The position numbers and the translations under genes were made by a program. From NCBI GenBank assembly GCA_001938485.1, contig MQRK01180641.1, positions 9,387 through 65,063 on the forward strand: a DNA stretch of 55,677 nt, written 5' to 3'. Below the pieces are notes generated by a model. That model did no database searches. It saw only the letters and a list, made by a program, of their open reading frames with translations, and had not been told where the DNA came from. Of this stretch, positions 38,255 through 52,690 are shown piece after piece; position 1 is the first letter of the stretch; the number at the start of each line of letters is the position of its first letter. The DNA is from Girardia tigrina. Its lineage: Eukaryota.

Positions 38255-38527
38255 AATCATTACATTTATTCACTAAGTTCTTCGAAATATTTTTTTAATT
38301 CAAATACTTTTATTATTGTTAAATGCAGAACAAGAAGTTGTTTCCGAAACATTTACGTTCTTCATAAAAATATGTGATATTCTTATACAGTATTATTATA
38401 TACCTTCTTCTGTATTTTTATTCATTAAAGTTTTGGAATTGGTAAACAGTGGTTATTTAATTTTCAAAATTTGTACCAATTTTTATTTATTTAAAGAATT
38501 GTGTATTTAATTTAACATGTAAAATAA

Positions 38528-38921
38528 CTTCCATTAAATCCAGTGATTTTTAAATACATAAATGCATTTGAAATTACCGAGGTTTTTGAGAATACACTGA
38601 TATACATTTATTTAGGCGTCATTTCCGATTACACGGTCATGAGCATTTATTTACCTTTATATTTTTGTTTCCAATCAGCGTCACCAAAATTGAAAATAAC
38701 ATTTTTAAGAAGATTGTGGACTGTTTTTATAATTTTCTAAACATTTAAAATTTTTCATAAAGCTTTTTATCGCTAATTTTGACTTCTTAAAAGAATTAAT
38801 ACGCATTAAAAAACTTTTTATAATTACTGTTCAAAACATTTTACGCCCAGGGCGTATTCTCAGAAAACTCCGTACTTTCAAACATAATTATATATTTGAA
38901 ATTTACTGGATTTAAGGGAAG
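38528..38921. mobile_element. MITE with ~33-bp imperfect TIRs at a TTAA-like site
   Basis: CTTCCATTAAATCCAGTGATTTT vs reverse complement CTTCCCTTAAATCCAGTAAATTT; flanks ATAA and TTAA. Confidence 0.6.
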
Positions 38922-40909
38922 TTAAATTTAGTGAAATTAAATTAATTTGTAAAATAATAAATATTTTGGTAGATAGAAGTATAATTTTGTAAATGTTTTT
39001 GGGAGTGACAACATGCATTACAACATTCAAAACTTCATATCAACAAAAATCCATCACAATAAGTTAATCAGAAATAATTTATTCTAAAAAAAAACCTTTT
39101 AAGAATGAGATAAGCCGTTTATTTCTAAGAATCGGAAATAAAATGTATTAAATGTATTTATTTATTATTAATCAAAGACTAGTTAAATGGAACGTCTTCC
39201 TGTTTAAAGTAGAGTACACTCATTTGGTTTTATACTTAATTTTCAAAGCATAAAGACAAAAAAAAATAATTCAAAGTTAACCAAAATAAATTAATAAATT
39301 TATAAATTTTTTTCATTGCTTTTGCTAAGAAATTTAATCGATTTTTTATTGGAAATTTGTGTATATTTTCTTTACATTCTTCTTGTAAATAATTGAATGT
39401 TATAAATAAATATAAAATAAGTTGTATAAAAACAAATATTTCGTTAAATTTTTATTCCAAGTTTGGATGTATAAACTCAAGTATATTTTCAATAAAAATA
39501 GTTGTTACTTTAAATTCAAGAACCTGAAGTTAATTAGCCTAAACTTAATCAAGTTTCGTCCTTCAAAGCCAAAAAGTGTAATCTAATAAATTTTAAAAGT
39601 TTTCAAACTTTTTTTTGAATTTTTAAATGTAACAATTAATATTACTATTTTTAATGAATATTTCAAAAGATTTGATAAAAAAAAATCATATACAATTAAA
39701 ATTTAGAATTACAACGTTTAACTGAGTTTATTAAAAAAAATATATTTTATATATTTCCTTTATAAAAATATTTTAGAAGGGGTACTTAAACTTTGTCCAA
39801 TTTGCCTATATTTAACAGAAATTTCAAGAATAAGAATAAATTTCTTCATATTTATTCAAATGTTTCAAAGAATGAATTCATTCAAAAACTTTCTTTGGAA
39901 ATTATAATAACATTCTTATTGAACCTCATAAACTATATATATTTATTCTTTTACTGTAATTAAAATATCAATTATGTTGTAAATGAATGATAAGTACTTT
40001 TTTTAAAAAGTAAACAAAAGAATTTCAATTTTACGAAAGTTAACATGCAAAGTTTGTTTTATTACTGGGACATGAATTAATTCAATGGTTGCAATTTATT
40101 TATATTTTAACTCTAACTGGTTTGTTAAATCATATGATTTAATTTCCTTTTCGATTCAAAACGAAATTATTTCTATTAAAATAATAATCCTTAAATGATT
40201 TTTATTGAGTCTTGTGAACACAAGTTTAATATAATTTGATTAAAGCTTTTTTATTTTTTTTATTGTACATGTTTCGATGCTTACATACATCATCATAACA
40301 ATATTTGGAAATTTTAGTTTTTTAAAATTTGCAAAGTTCAATATTTTAATTGTTCTTAAGAATATAATTTTAAAGGTATATTAAGGTGAAATGGAATAGT
40401 GTAGTGACATATATATTATATATATTAAATTATTGTATATAAATTAGATATAATGAATTATATAAAATAATTAAAAAATTGATTATTTATAATGGAAAAT
40501 TAAAATTTGGAAATTAAATCCGGAATATCGTTAGTTATCAAATCATTGTTAGTCCAAGTGGATTTACTAATCTATCCCAAATTCTTGGACATTTATTCGT
40601 TGTCTTGAAAATATTGAAATAACCGATAAATGTTTGAAGAAGTCTTGAGACACCGAACCGAATAGATTCGTATCAAAAATTGATCAAAAAAAAGAAAATA
40701 AAAAATATTTTCTAGAAAATTTCCTAAAAAAAGATTCTTTTGTCCCTCATCACAGATCCGTCAGATTATCTTGTTCAGTAGACATCAACTAAATATTCAG
40801 TTAGAACGATCCGACCGAGAGAAAATATTTCAATAATTCCAAATAGTTCTCTCTCGTATGTGATTTTTTTAGTGTTATATTTGTTTATTTATATTCTGTA
40901 AAAATAAAA

Positions 40910-40953
<44 letters not shown>

Positions 40954-41199
40954 TTATTGTTTTATGTTAAAGGAGTTAATTGAAACACGTTTTCAGTTAG
41001 CTCTTTTACAAATAGTTTAAAAAACATATAATTTATTAATGTATTATGGGTAATAATTGCAAAAATATTTTAATTAAAAATTTTAAGTATTGAAATAACC
41101 TTACTTTGCTTATTTTGAATGTTAATTGATGGGTTGTAGTGTCTTATTAGTAGAGATTCACAAAACTGTCGTTCGTAATGTGAATCAAAACCCTTTTGT

Positions 41200-41404
41200 A
41201 GAACAGAAAACTCATCTTTTGAAATGGATGAGGTTCTATCCTTACAACATAACCTTTAGTCAACAACCTTACTCGATCGACTCATCTGCGAGTGCTCACT
41301 AATCCAGGTTTTGACACGCGTGACAATTAAATTTATATACCAGATTGGATTACATTGTAAGCATCGAAACATGTCCCAATATTATATAAAAAAAGCTTTA
41401 ATCC

Positions 41405-41458
<54 letters not shown>

Positions 41459-41508
41459 NNNNNNNNNNNNNNNNNNNNNNNNNNNNNNNNNNNNNNNNNN
41501 NNNNNNNN

Positions 41509-41549
<41 letters not shown>

Positions 41550-42450
41550 TGATTATTGATTATTGATTATTAAACACTTCAAAATTTCATGATGTCAGTT
41601 TTAATGGAATAGTTTTTCGTTTTTTTAAATTATGTCAGATATTATTGGATTATAATGACAAAATTTTTTAAAGATTATAAGATTTGAAAGGGATTTACAG
41701 TTTTCCTTTTTGAAGGTTTAACATTGGATTTTAGTGTCAAAATCAACATTGATTCTGAACTACCGTTGATAATGTGAATCAATGCCATTCTATAAAATAG
41801 AAACAGAAGAGATAATATTTTTACAATGTAACCAATGATCAAGAACCTTGACTGTGAATGCTCACTAAGCTGGGCTTTGAGATGACGATTTCTCTCCTTC
41901 ACGAATATATAGTTCTATACGCTTGTGACAATCAATCAAACCCGCATTACCTTGCAATCCACAAATGGTTTTCGATTTCTTCGAGAGAAAACTTAGATTA
42001 TCATTGGAATCACTATGACACTACTTATATTCTCGAAAATATTCTTCTTTAATGCATTTAATCATACAGAATATGGTATTTTGATTGTTTGTTTGTGATC
42101 ATCAATGTTTTCTTCTTTTGTGTTCATGTTGACCCTCAAGCGTCCTAAAACTATATTTTAACCATGATCTGCAATTTCCAAATTAGAAGATAAATTGAAA
42201 ACTTTATATTTCTAAATTTTTCCTCCAAAAAGTTCTGTTGTGTTGCAGAAAGACATGTATCTGTTGTCTTTCAGTATAATAAAGTTCGATATTTCCCATT
42301 CATTGATTATTTGTTACATAGTAAAAATGGATCTCTTCTGATTCAAAGGATGAATATTCTGTTTTACAGAAGGGCTTTAATCCACATTATTTGTTGCAGT
42401 TCTGTGAATCATTATTGTTCGACATGAAAAACAATAAAAATTGGGAAAAT
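41200..42450 (-). mobile_element. Penelope-like retroelement remnants (RT C-terminus and GIY-YIG)
   Basis: NGKYRTLLY*KTTDT, RHLKAQLSEHSQ, ESMLILTLK and a second KTWISEHSQ. pLTR piece GCATCGAAACATGT at ~41360 has an inverted copy at 40238-40298. Confidence 0.55.
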
Positions 42451-42882
42451 AAAGCTGTTTCAAATATTAAGATCTTTAATGAAATTTTAAAAAACATTTC
42501 GCTATTATTATTCCAAAAATCATTCCATTAAAACTAACATTTTATAAAACTAGCAATTAAATTATAATTGTTGATGATGGAAAACGAAATTCTGGATTAT
42601 GTTCAATAATCAATCTATTAAAAAAGCTTTAATAACATTATTTTTAAAAAATATATATCTATATATAATGGAAAGATTTCTGAATTTTGATATAACTTTT
42701 AAACTACAATAAAACAAAAATAATATTCTCAAATAATAATAATCGATTATTAAATTTATTTATTAATAATTAAGAATTATTTGCGTACAATTTAAAAAAT
42801 TTTAAGGAAATATTTTTATCATCAAGAGATACTAAAAAATTCTTAAATTTAAATATTAATTGATTATATATATATATATATA

Positions 42883-42922
<40 letters not shown>

Positions 42923-43599
42923 TTGAAACTATTTTATTAATTTTTATTAACATTTACATTCTTGTTACAAAAGTGCATTATATTCAATATAAATATTCAA
43001 TAAATAATTTAATGTTTTTTTGTTTAAAACAAATTATTTCAAATTCGAAAGTTTACTTACATTTTGCTGTAGCATTGAAAATTGAATAATAATAATAAAT
43101 TATTTAAAACGAGAAGTAACTTTTTAATAACTTCCTGGACAATTTCAATGATATAAAGCAATTAAAAGCAGAATAAGATCAATTTATTTTTATATAATTG
43201 CAAGTTGATTAATATTAGAATAATTGATTTTTATTGGTTTATAATTCTGCCAATCAATAAATTTAAAAATTATAAATTCAAAAAGAATATGAAAATTTAT
43301 AAAATAAATAAAGTTGAATTTATTTTATAATTGTTTTTTATTAGTGTTATGGTCATTTTATAAAATTATTAGTTATTATATACCTCCTATCTCTAATTGT
43401 ATTATATAATATGTTTTTAAATACTTAAATTAAAGATCGCAAATTAAAACGATTAATTTTTAATGCTGTTTAATGTCGATTTAATTTATTTAATTAAAAA
43501 ATCGACATGTAATTTCAAAGCGACAAAGTACTACTTGCCAATACATTAACTTCAGCTATGGAACAGTACGTAAAATGTTACATTTCATGCGAATAAGAA

Positions 43600-44190
43600 A
43601 GTTATTCTTGCAGTTCGTGTCTTACTTTCTCAATGTAGACATGTGTGAGAAGTGACTTCAGTGCTGTCAGGAGAAACTCAACTTCATATTGAAATTGGTG
43701 TATCATTCCTGAGAAATTCTGAGAAATTTTGGGATTCGATTCTTATTCTTCTAATTGATTTCAAAGGCATAATCATAATATGTGAATTCTGTAGAAGACG
43801 CCCTTAAGAAAATATAAAAGAATTTGTTTTTAGTCCACGACAACGTCCGCTAGCACAAATTAGTTTTGACCAAGTCTGCTATTCAGCAAAGAAATTTTGT
43901 AAAGCGTTTTTCATCTTTGCAGCCAGAATCTTGCTCCAAGCGATTTCTTCCCATTTTCAAGTTAAGAATCGTCTTAAAGGCAACATTTTGCAGAAAAAAG
44001 AAAGTTATTCAAGCGGCAACCTCATTCCCTATCAAATAGTTCGTTGACTGGTATAAAAGTATCTTCTCTAGCCTAGTAAAACCGGAGGTTACACGGAAGA
44101 GTAATTTGTTCCCATAACTTATCTAAGAAATACACGCCTTTTCGATTTCATTTCTCTCTTTTAATTGAGGCAGTCCGCTAACTTTTTTAC
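43600..44190 (+). mobile_element. Decayed mariner fragment
   Basis: LVHDNVR...SQNLAPSDFF...LKG. Confidence 0.6.
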
Positions 44191-44261
44191 GTTAACATGA
44201 ATTTTACTTATTAAAAAATTACTTATTACTTTTTTAAAGAAAGAAAATTGCAATTAATAAT

Positions 44262-45245
44262 TTAATTATGAACGTAAGGTGTTCCAGCTGCTGAATTTGT
44301 AATATTTCTGGCCATATATCTAAACTCTCCACAACAATCACTTTCTGTTATTTGACTAACTTCCTTCATAATAATTTCAAGCAAATTAATGTTAATATTA
44401 TTAGGCAATATAGCTCGAATATCAGATTTTATTTTTGAAAATGCATTTTCAATCGAATTCAACATAGATGATTAAGGAGAAAGAATATGGAATGAGAAAT
44501 GATATTTTTCAGTTTTACTTTGCAATTTTTGCTGGGAATGAATTCTTGCATTGTCCAATATAAAAATGCATTATGTATTTTCTCAACATTTAAAACATAA
44601 TTGTAGAGCTCTTCCAAATACTCTTCAAAAACATTAGAATTTACTGTGGTATTGCTAATCATTTTACAATAACTCATTTTCTTCATTGACACAGCGGCAA
44701 TCAAAGACATTGATCTATCTCGAGTTTTAGGCATCAACAAATTAACTCAAATTGCTTCGTTTTTGGATCTCCCATATGAACGCTGCATATGAAAATTAAA
44801 AGAAGATTCGTCAATATAATAAATCTTTGAAAATTCATATTCAAAGTAGTTATTAAACCACAAAGCTCTTCTAAGATCAATGTTTCTGGCAGCATTTAAC
44901 CTATAAAATTCTTTGTGTCTGAGCTTCCTTGTAATCTCAATATCACCAGTTCCTTTGTTGAATGTAGATAAAGTAATTTATGTATTAAATGATATAGTTA
45001 TTTTTAATTGTATTTCTTTTAAAGTCATTAAATTATTTTCTGATAATAATTCTTCGATTTTCAAAAAAATCTCAGGATTCATAACAGCTCAGTGTAAACC
45101 TCCAGCATTTTTCTTTAATACTCACTTTTCGGTTCGTTTCTCCCTTACGATATTTCGAGCAGTGCTCGCATTTATCTCCAAAATTAATGGTGCTTCTTTA
45201 ATCGAATTCCCAAGATCTTCAACTAGCCTGATTAGATGATTCAAA
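44262..45245 (-). mobile_element. IS630/Tc1-like (DDE_3) transposase pseudogene
   Basis: TLKEIQ, YIDESSFN...RSYGRS, SLIAAVS, LDNARIH, SP*SSMLNSIENAFSKIK across frameshifts. Confidence 0.85.
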
Positions 45246-46010
45246 GATGATTAAATTTCAATAATTTTAACAAAAAACTAAATTCTGATTTCTTTTCGTT
45301 TAATAACTATTTAATATATTTTTATTATTGAATCTTTAATCTATTTTTTATATTTAATTTGCTCTTTAGTAGCAATAATATTGGATTCATCATCTGTCGT
45401 TAAAAATATTAATGAATCGATAAAAACCAAAAATCTTGAATCAGTGATCGATTTGCGTTTGTCCTCGGTGAGACATTTTGGAATTTGTGTCGATGGAATG
45501 TTTTCTTTTTCGAGAAATTATAAAACTTAATTTATATGATTGAAAATTTACATTTCATTATTAAAGGATTCGATTTATCGATTAATAAACTTGTTTTAAT
45601 AAATTTTCTATTGAATATTCTTCCGAATTGATTTTCTCAATGAATAACTCGATAGATCTAAGAGATCCGTGTAAATAATACCCATATGGACGATAACTAT
45701 ATGTTTTCAAACATCAGCGGAATTATAATTGGAAGCATATGAATACTTTAAAAATAGTTCAAACATATTCACAAATTCAGTTTATAGAAATTAAAAATTA
45801 CTGTTAATTATATAGACCAAAATTTCGTAGAGTGTCTGGATCACTTCCTTACATTTTAAAAATATTTAGGCGGCAGATGATAATTTGACTACTTAAGCTG
45901 ACTATTAATTATTTTTAACATACTTTTGAGATCATGTCTTACTTCTTTTTTATTGTGATTATTTTACCGATTTCGTTTCTTGGTATTGATTATGCATATA
46001 AATATATATA

Positions 46011-46059
<49 letters not shown>

Positions 46060-46689
46060 TTACATATTTACATTATTTTTAAAGTAAAAAAAATGTAACC
46101 TTATTTAATTTATTTTGTGACCATTTCTAAGACAGAAAGAAATTGAAAAAAATGTCTTATGCTCACTTTTTTTTGGGACGCAAAAGGGGTGGTCAAACTC
46201 GACTATACCCCTAGAATCATTAACTTCCGATGGGTTCTTGATCAAGATTATAATTCATTAACACCAAAAATTTATTAAGAACACAAATAACAATTATTTA
46301 AACAATTTTTCTTGAGGAACTTTCATTTTCTTTTGACAAGATTTCTTATACATAAAAATAATAAGCTATTTATTAAAAACGAGATTTTAAAAATTGAAAT
46401 TTTTTCATTAAACTTATAGATTAACATTCTATTATTTGATAAAATTTAATTTAAAATCAGTATAAAATCAGCAAAACTTATTTTAACCAAATTAACAAAA
46501 AAGAGTTTAACGTTTTATTTATTACCGATATTTCAATTTTTAAAAAAAAACATTTCATTATCTAGAATTATTTTAAATATTTATTCGTTTCATTTGTTTT
46601 ACATGTCTACATTTTTCAAATACAATTTACGAATTTAAAATACAATTGTTATTATTTTAAATACAATTTACGCATTATTAAATACAATG

Positions 46690-46966
46690 GTGTTTGGAGT
46701 GGTTTGAGCTAAATTACGCCCTAGCTTGAACTCGTAGAAGAAAATGTTGCAAAAATCACGCTTTTTCATCTGCAATTAAAATAAAAATTATTAACAAAAG
46801 AAACATTATAATAAGTTATAGGCAAATATATCTGAAAGGGTATAAATTAAGCTTTCGAATGACTCATAACGTCATACATTACAAAACATCATACAGGCTT
46901 TAGTCGTACAACATTGAGATAAATACAAAAAATCAAAACCCTGCACTCATTTTGCAACAACCTAAT
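46690..46966 (-). mobile_element. mariner terminal fragment
   Basis: TA|TTAGGTTGTTGCAAAATGAGTGCAGGG TIR-like end. Confidence 0.5.
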
Positions 46967-47289
46967 AAATCGTTACTCATTAATTTAATAAATTTTTCTT
47001 GAATAATTTCATTTAAAATTAAGGATTGAAATTTAAAGTAAAATGAATCAGACTATAATAATAGAAATGGATTTAAGAAGAGAAATTCAAAGTATAAACT
47101 TTTTCTATACAATAATGAATTAAAATATAAAGATTAAAATAATATAATAAAACTTTTATTTAAAATAACTTAAAAAAGAAAAAGTAAAAAAAAGTAGCAT
47201 CATAATAGAAGCAAAAATGCTGTAGAGGAGATTAATATTAAATAAGTTACTTTGTACACGATGTTAGTGAAAAGTAAAAGCTTCGATAG

Positions 47290-47847
47290 TGGATGTCTTC
47301 TATTGAATAGGAAATCGTTTCTCTTGGATTATTGTTGATGAATTACTTAGTATTGAAATATGTTCGTAAAGTTAATATTTTTTCGCAATTAACAATTAGA
47401 TATTAGATTGCATCTGCAAGTTCTCTGATTGTTGTACAAGGATCTGTTTCCACCATTGTCCTCAAATTGTCGTTGTTCACAGCAACTGGACGACCACGAC
47501 CTTCTTTATCTTCAAGGTTTTCATCTCCATCAGAAAACTGTGCGCTCAGAAGCTGTTCCCTTGCCAAACACTTTAGTGATATTGCGAGCCGTTTCTGCTG
47601 CTTTACGACCCAGTTTAAATTCGTACAAGAAAATTGCTCGAATTTTAATTTTTTCCATTATTAATTTAGCACCGTAAATATTCTAAAAAATAACAGCAAT
47701 ATGTTAATAATGGCTATAGGAATATATAGATAGGCATAAGATTTCAAATAATATCTAACATTAATGCATTTAAACTTATATACATATCAAAGTAGATAAA
47801 CAGAGTATAAAGCTCAAAAACCGCCATTATTTTTCGACCAACCTAAT
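47290..47847 (-). mobile_element. mariner 5' fragment (cecropia-like)
   Basis: TIR TTAGGTTGGTCGAAAATAATGGCGG; MEKIKIRAIFLYEFKLGRKAAETARNI. Confidence 0.85.
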
Positions 47848-48460
47848 ATTATAACCTTTGATGTCAGTTTGATAAATTTAATACGATTCAAGATTAAACA
47901 ATTTGAGTTATTACAAATGGCAATTTACAATATTACATAAAAAATCATTTATGAATTATAATCCTATAGTGAAATCAAACATTTTGAAATACAATTAAAA
48001 TTTAAACTATGAATGTTAAACGGTATGTTGCACATAATATGTTTGTCTAAAAAGTGTGTTTGTTTGTCGGTCACGCTATGATCAAATGAGAAATGTCGGT
48101 GGAACCGGAGCGTATGGACGTGGTCTGTTTTCATAGCCATCATCGAGACGGTTCCGTAGGTACAGCGTTTGTGTAGATAGATGCTGGGAAGTCGATAAAA
48201 TCGACCGAAAACCATGCACGTCGTTAAACTGTTGAATCAACACCGATTTCAAATTATGCCGATTAGGATGATTTCTACAAGGAATTTCATGAAAATATTT
48301 TTAGATATACTAATAACATATTAATTCAATTGACAAATGACGATTTCTATCACTTATTTACTTATTTATATTATTATTATTAATATTTCTAAAAAACAAA
48401 TTATTCCAAATTTGAAAGTTTTCGTTATTAATAATAATCAAAATTTCATTAATATATGGT

Positions 48461-48578
48461 CTAGGGGTTAGGGTAAAGTATGAGGGTTAGAGTTAGTATG
48501 TTTGGGTTTTGGGTTAAGGTTAGAAGTTAAGTTAAGGGTTTTTGGTTTTGGTCTGGAGTTAGTGTTAGGGTTTAGGTT
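48461..48578 (+). repeat. Degenerate TTAGGG-like tract
   Basis: GGGTTAGGGT, AGGGTTAGAGTTAG, GGGTTAAGGTTAG, GTTAGGGTTTAGGTT. Confidence 0.6.
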
Positions 48579-50229
48579 ATTTTTTTCAATAAATACGTGC
48601 AATCATTATTTTCATTTTTTCGCTGAAAGACGTGCTGGTAGAACGATTGTTAAATTCGCACCGACTTCAAATAATGACAATAAAGAGTGTAAGAAAGATT
48701 TAATACATATAACTCAAAGAATTCAAAAAGCTATTTTTGTTTTACAACAAATTACAACGGTAGTTGTCTAATTTTTTTCAAATACATTTTTTAAAACCAT
48801 TTACGTTAATTGTTATAAATCAAAACTTAAATTAAAAAAAATTAACAAAAAAAATAATATTTCAAAACAAAATTTTGGTATAAAAATTTATCACAAGAAA
48901 ATTTTGAAATAAATATTCGGTTCATAAAATTATTTTTCCATTAAATTAATATATAAATGGATAATTATAATCGCAATTATTATATTATAACAATTAATTT
49001 AAAAAATACAATTAAATAGAAATATTTTTCTTATTAATCTTAAACTTTTATAAATGTATTAATATTTCTTAGCAACATTCAATAATCCTCAAAATATTAT
49101 TCTATCATTATATATCGTGTATATTATTTATATTTTTTATAATAAAATCAAAAACCAACGAAAATCAAAAATAATTATTTTTTGTCGAACCGTTGTAAAC
49201 AGTTGTAAGAAGGTTATTAAAACATAAAATTGATTTTTTTTGCCGTCTGTTGTGTCAAAAGATTTGGGAAATAATTTCAGTTTTCCTCATTTCTAATGAT
49301 AGAAATTTGTTTCGTTTGAAATAACTTTGTTGTCAATTTTTTTGAAGAAGATTGGTTTGTGAACAGATTGATTACAAATGAATTTCCTAAGAATTATCTT
49401 ATTATTTCTTCTATGATTAGTTCTTATTTATCAATTTTGTACTTATTCGTTATAATTTATTAATTTCTGGTTGACATCAGATATTGAAAAGTAATATTTT
49501 ATATTATACTTAACAGTACCTTTTAAACACACATAAAACTTTTAAAATTCTTTTGTGAATAGTTTTTTTAAATAAATAATTAATATATTTATTTTTTAGA
49601 ATATTTATGCTGTAAAACTATTTGTTACCATCTACAAAAACATGGAAGTAAAAATGCTTGATAGATGAGTACTATATGGATTAAATGAAAATCTGAAAAT
49701 GTGTCACTTTGAGGTGAGCACTGTTAGTAGTGGGATGCTCGATCTCTGATATCAAAAATGAATTTATGTTTTTTTCCAAAAATTTATTAATACTACAAAC
49801 AATTTAATTACTCCAAAATCTAGAGAATTAATACCACACAAAATTCTAATTTAATACTATAGATTCTGAATCTAAACGGGATTAATTAAATATTGTAAAT
49901 GCGTTTCCTGAAATGGTTAAATCGATTAGTGCCAATAACAAATAATACCCAAACGAAAATATCAAAATTACAATTCAATAGCATATCCCCCGAGACAATG
50001 ATAAGCGGTTTAATACAAATACAAAAATACAATATAGCAATAGGGTTACCCAAAGAAATAAATGTAGTACAATAAAAATTAAAATAATCAATAAAATTTA
50101 ATTTACACTTTATGAATGATTCGATTCCCGATAGATACGTTTTTTTTTCACACACGATACACGCTGACAATTAAAAAAATCAAACAAATTCATATTATTT
50201 AAACAACCTTTTTATCTTTCTATTTATTC

Positions 50230-50512
50230 CATTATCATGTTTCCATTGATTGCGTTCTTTAAACCTATTCGGGTTTTCGTAACATTGTGTACTTGTTTGT
50301 CATCTTTTATTGCAATGATTACATTTCACATTTGGACACTCTCTTCTAACATTTCCTTCTTCATGGCATTTTAGCCTGAAGATTATCCCAACGTAGTGTC
50401 GATGGTTGCAGCCAATAGTAGCTCTAAGATATCGTCAAGCTCACGCAAGCAACATGGAACAGATTTTGTTCCAGCTGTTGTTCTTACAGAACTTATGTGC
50501 CTATTTTATAAC
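50230..50512 (-). mobile_element. Gypsy gag zinc-knuckle remnant
   Basis: KCHEEGNVRRECPNVKCNHCNKR*QTSTQCY: two decayed CCHC knuckles. Confidence 0.65.
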
Positions 50513-51053
50513 TATTAAGAACACCAACATGGGTTTTCAAACTTTTATTTTCATTACAATCAGAATTGTCTTTTGGACAACTCTCAGCAAAACTCTCGTC
50601 ATTCGACATCGTTCTAAATTGATAATTTTTNNNNNNNNNNNNNNNNNTAAACAATTATTCGAACAAATTTTTCATTATTTTCTGATTTTATTTTTAAAGT
50701 TCAAATTTTGTAGTTTTAGTATTAATTTTTATTTACATATTAATTTTATTTAAAAATTATTTTATGATAAGAAAGAACATTTAATTAATTCAAAACTTAG
50801 TTAAAACTATTTATTTTATTTAAATTTTAATATGAAGATTTGAAGATATTTTAATTTGAAGATATTTTTAATGTTTTTACATATCTTATGCTGTACTTTA
50901 AAATATAAATTATACTCGAATAATTATTTAACATGAACATATAAAATATCAATTTTCCATCTGGGTGGGAGAAACACATTTCCAAATACTAAACTCAACA
51001 TACAAAATTCAACAAACCAATTTCAACATACCAAATTTAAAATATTCCTCACA
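50513..51053 (-). mobile_element. Solo LTR (TG...TA family)
   Basis: Starts TGTGAGGAATATTTT, ends GGTGTTCTTAATA; 5-bp TSD ATAAC (plus strand); spans a small gap. Confidence 0.8.
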
Positions 51054-51387
51054 ATAACCATTGTTGAAGGATATGATGTCAAAACACATGGCAATGATGC
51101 GACTACACAAATTCCAATCGACCAATCATCATATATATATATATATATATGAATTAATGGAAAAGATATTAAGAACCGTAGAAGACAAAAGAAAATCTTT
51201 TACATTGAAATAAAATATAATTTTTAAAAATAATCTCTGGAATAATTTTTGAAGTCTTATTGCAACATTCAAAAATATTACAAATTATTAAGTTGAAAAA
51301 ACAATAACTAAAAGACTAAATAAGTGCTTTTCAATATTTATTTAGAAAAGTATTTTGTTTTAATATCGTTTTATTTTCAATACACCT

Positions 51388-51826
51388 TGTGAGGAATATT
51401 TTGAATGTTTGATGTTTTGTGTTTGAATGTTGTGTGCTGATTTGGAATTGTGTCTCTTCTACCCCGATGGATGATTAATATTTCAATTATTATTATCTGA
51501 AAATATGTAATCCTTAAAATTATTTCTAATTTTAAATAATTGTAAAATATTAAATGAGTTAATTAATTTTATTTTAAATTTTTAAATAAATATATTGAAT
51601 TAATATTTTTTAAATAATTAATAATCATTTTAATTTCAAACCAATAAAATTTTGAGTAAATATTTTAATTATTTATTTAATTCTCCATTTTCTCAGATGT
51701 GAACATTAATGTCATTAATTAATAGACTGATGCAATCTTACGAAAACTTTGGTAAAGATTGTCCTGAGGACAATCAAACTTGTTATGTTAATAAAAATAT
51801 TAAAAGTTAAAATGGTGTTCTTAATA
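51388..51826 (+). mobile_element. Solo LTR (TG...TA family)
   Basis: Starts TGTGAGGAATATTTT, ends GGTGTTCTTAATA; TSD CACCT. Confidence 0.85.
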
Positions 51827-52379
51827 CACCTGACTCACATTCTATATTTATAACCGATTGTAAAGTCCTTAACGTTTAATTAATGTTTTCCTATGACATT
51901 TAATTTCATACAATTTAATTTCATAATTAATTCATACACAGCTATTTTTTTGCTAATATATTGTAAAAGATAAATAGCGTTCGGAAAGTCATTTCTTTTG
52001 TGAAATCATTTGATTCTCCTTCATCTAAAACTATCAAAGTCCATCTCACCATTAAGAATAATCAAAATGCATTTAATAAAACGCTATAAAAAGAAAAATA
52101 ATAATACTCTTGTTTTGATGAGTTTTTTAGTACACAAAAAATAAAAGTTATTAGGAAGCATAATTTACTAATAGGTTACTTAAAATCTATTTCATAAATT
52201 AAAAGACACAAACATGAAAAATTAAGAAAAAATTTATTACTTTTATCGTTAGATCATTGATAAAAGCTTCGAACTAACTTTGGAGAAAGAATTTAATTTA
52301 CTACAAACACCAATTTTAAAGTGGTTTTCATCTGTATTTTGAGGAAGATTTAATTTGTAATATTATATATGTTAATGAA

Positions 52380-52690
52380 GTGTAAACCAAATTAATATTT
52401 AAATAAATCAAAGTGTGAGTAATTTATATTTGATTTTCAAAGAGTTACTGAGGCATTATTAATTGAGCATTTAAAACCATGCTTAAATGTTCAAAGTGAA
52501 TTATCCAATCATATCAAAATCTTTTAATATTAATTTAAAAAAAGATTAATTGCGTAATAGTCAATGTGCCATATAAATGACTTGTAATTTGAAATTTACT
52601 TCACGACTGATGATGCCGTAATGGCGAAACATGTATTGAGAAATAAAAAACTTTTTAAATGGCGTTTGTTCATCATTTTTTTACAAATAA
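52380..52690 (+). mobile_element. Penelope-like 3' end (GIY-YIG C-terminus plus pLTR)
   Basis: RVTEALLIEHLKPCLNVQSELSNHIKIF*, then a hammerhead motif and AATAAA. Confidence 0.7.
52600..52642 (+). ncRNA. Minimal type I hammerhead ribozyme
   Basis: CTGATGA-T-GCC-GTAAT-GGC-GAAAC-AT-GTA core; stem I TTCACGA/TTGAGAA; palindromic ACATGT stem III. Confidence 0.8.

Noticed and set aside
49886-50170. Possible membrane-protein/GPCR exon
   Set aside because: The hydrophobicity is explained by T-rich composition; the alternative frame has stops and no diagnostic motif.
50957-51470. Apparent ~90-bp TIR element
   Set aside because: The arms are the 5' ends of two head-to-head solo LTRs, each with its own TSD.
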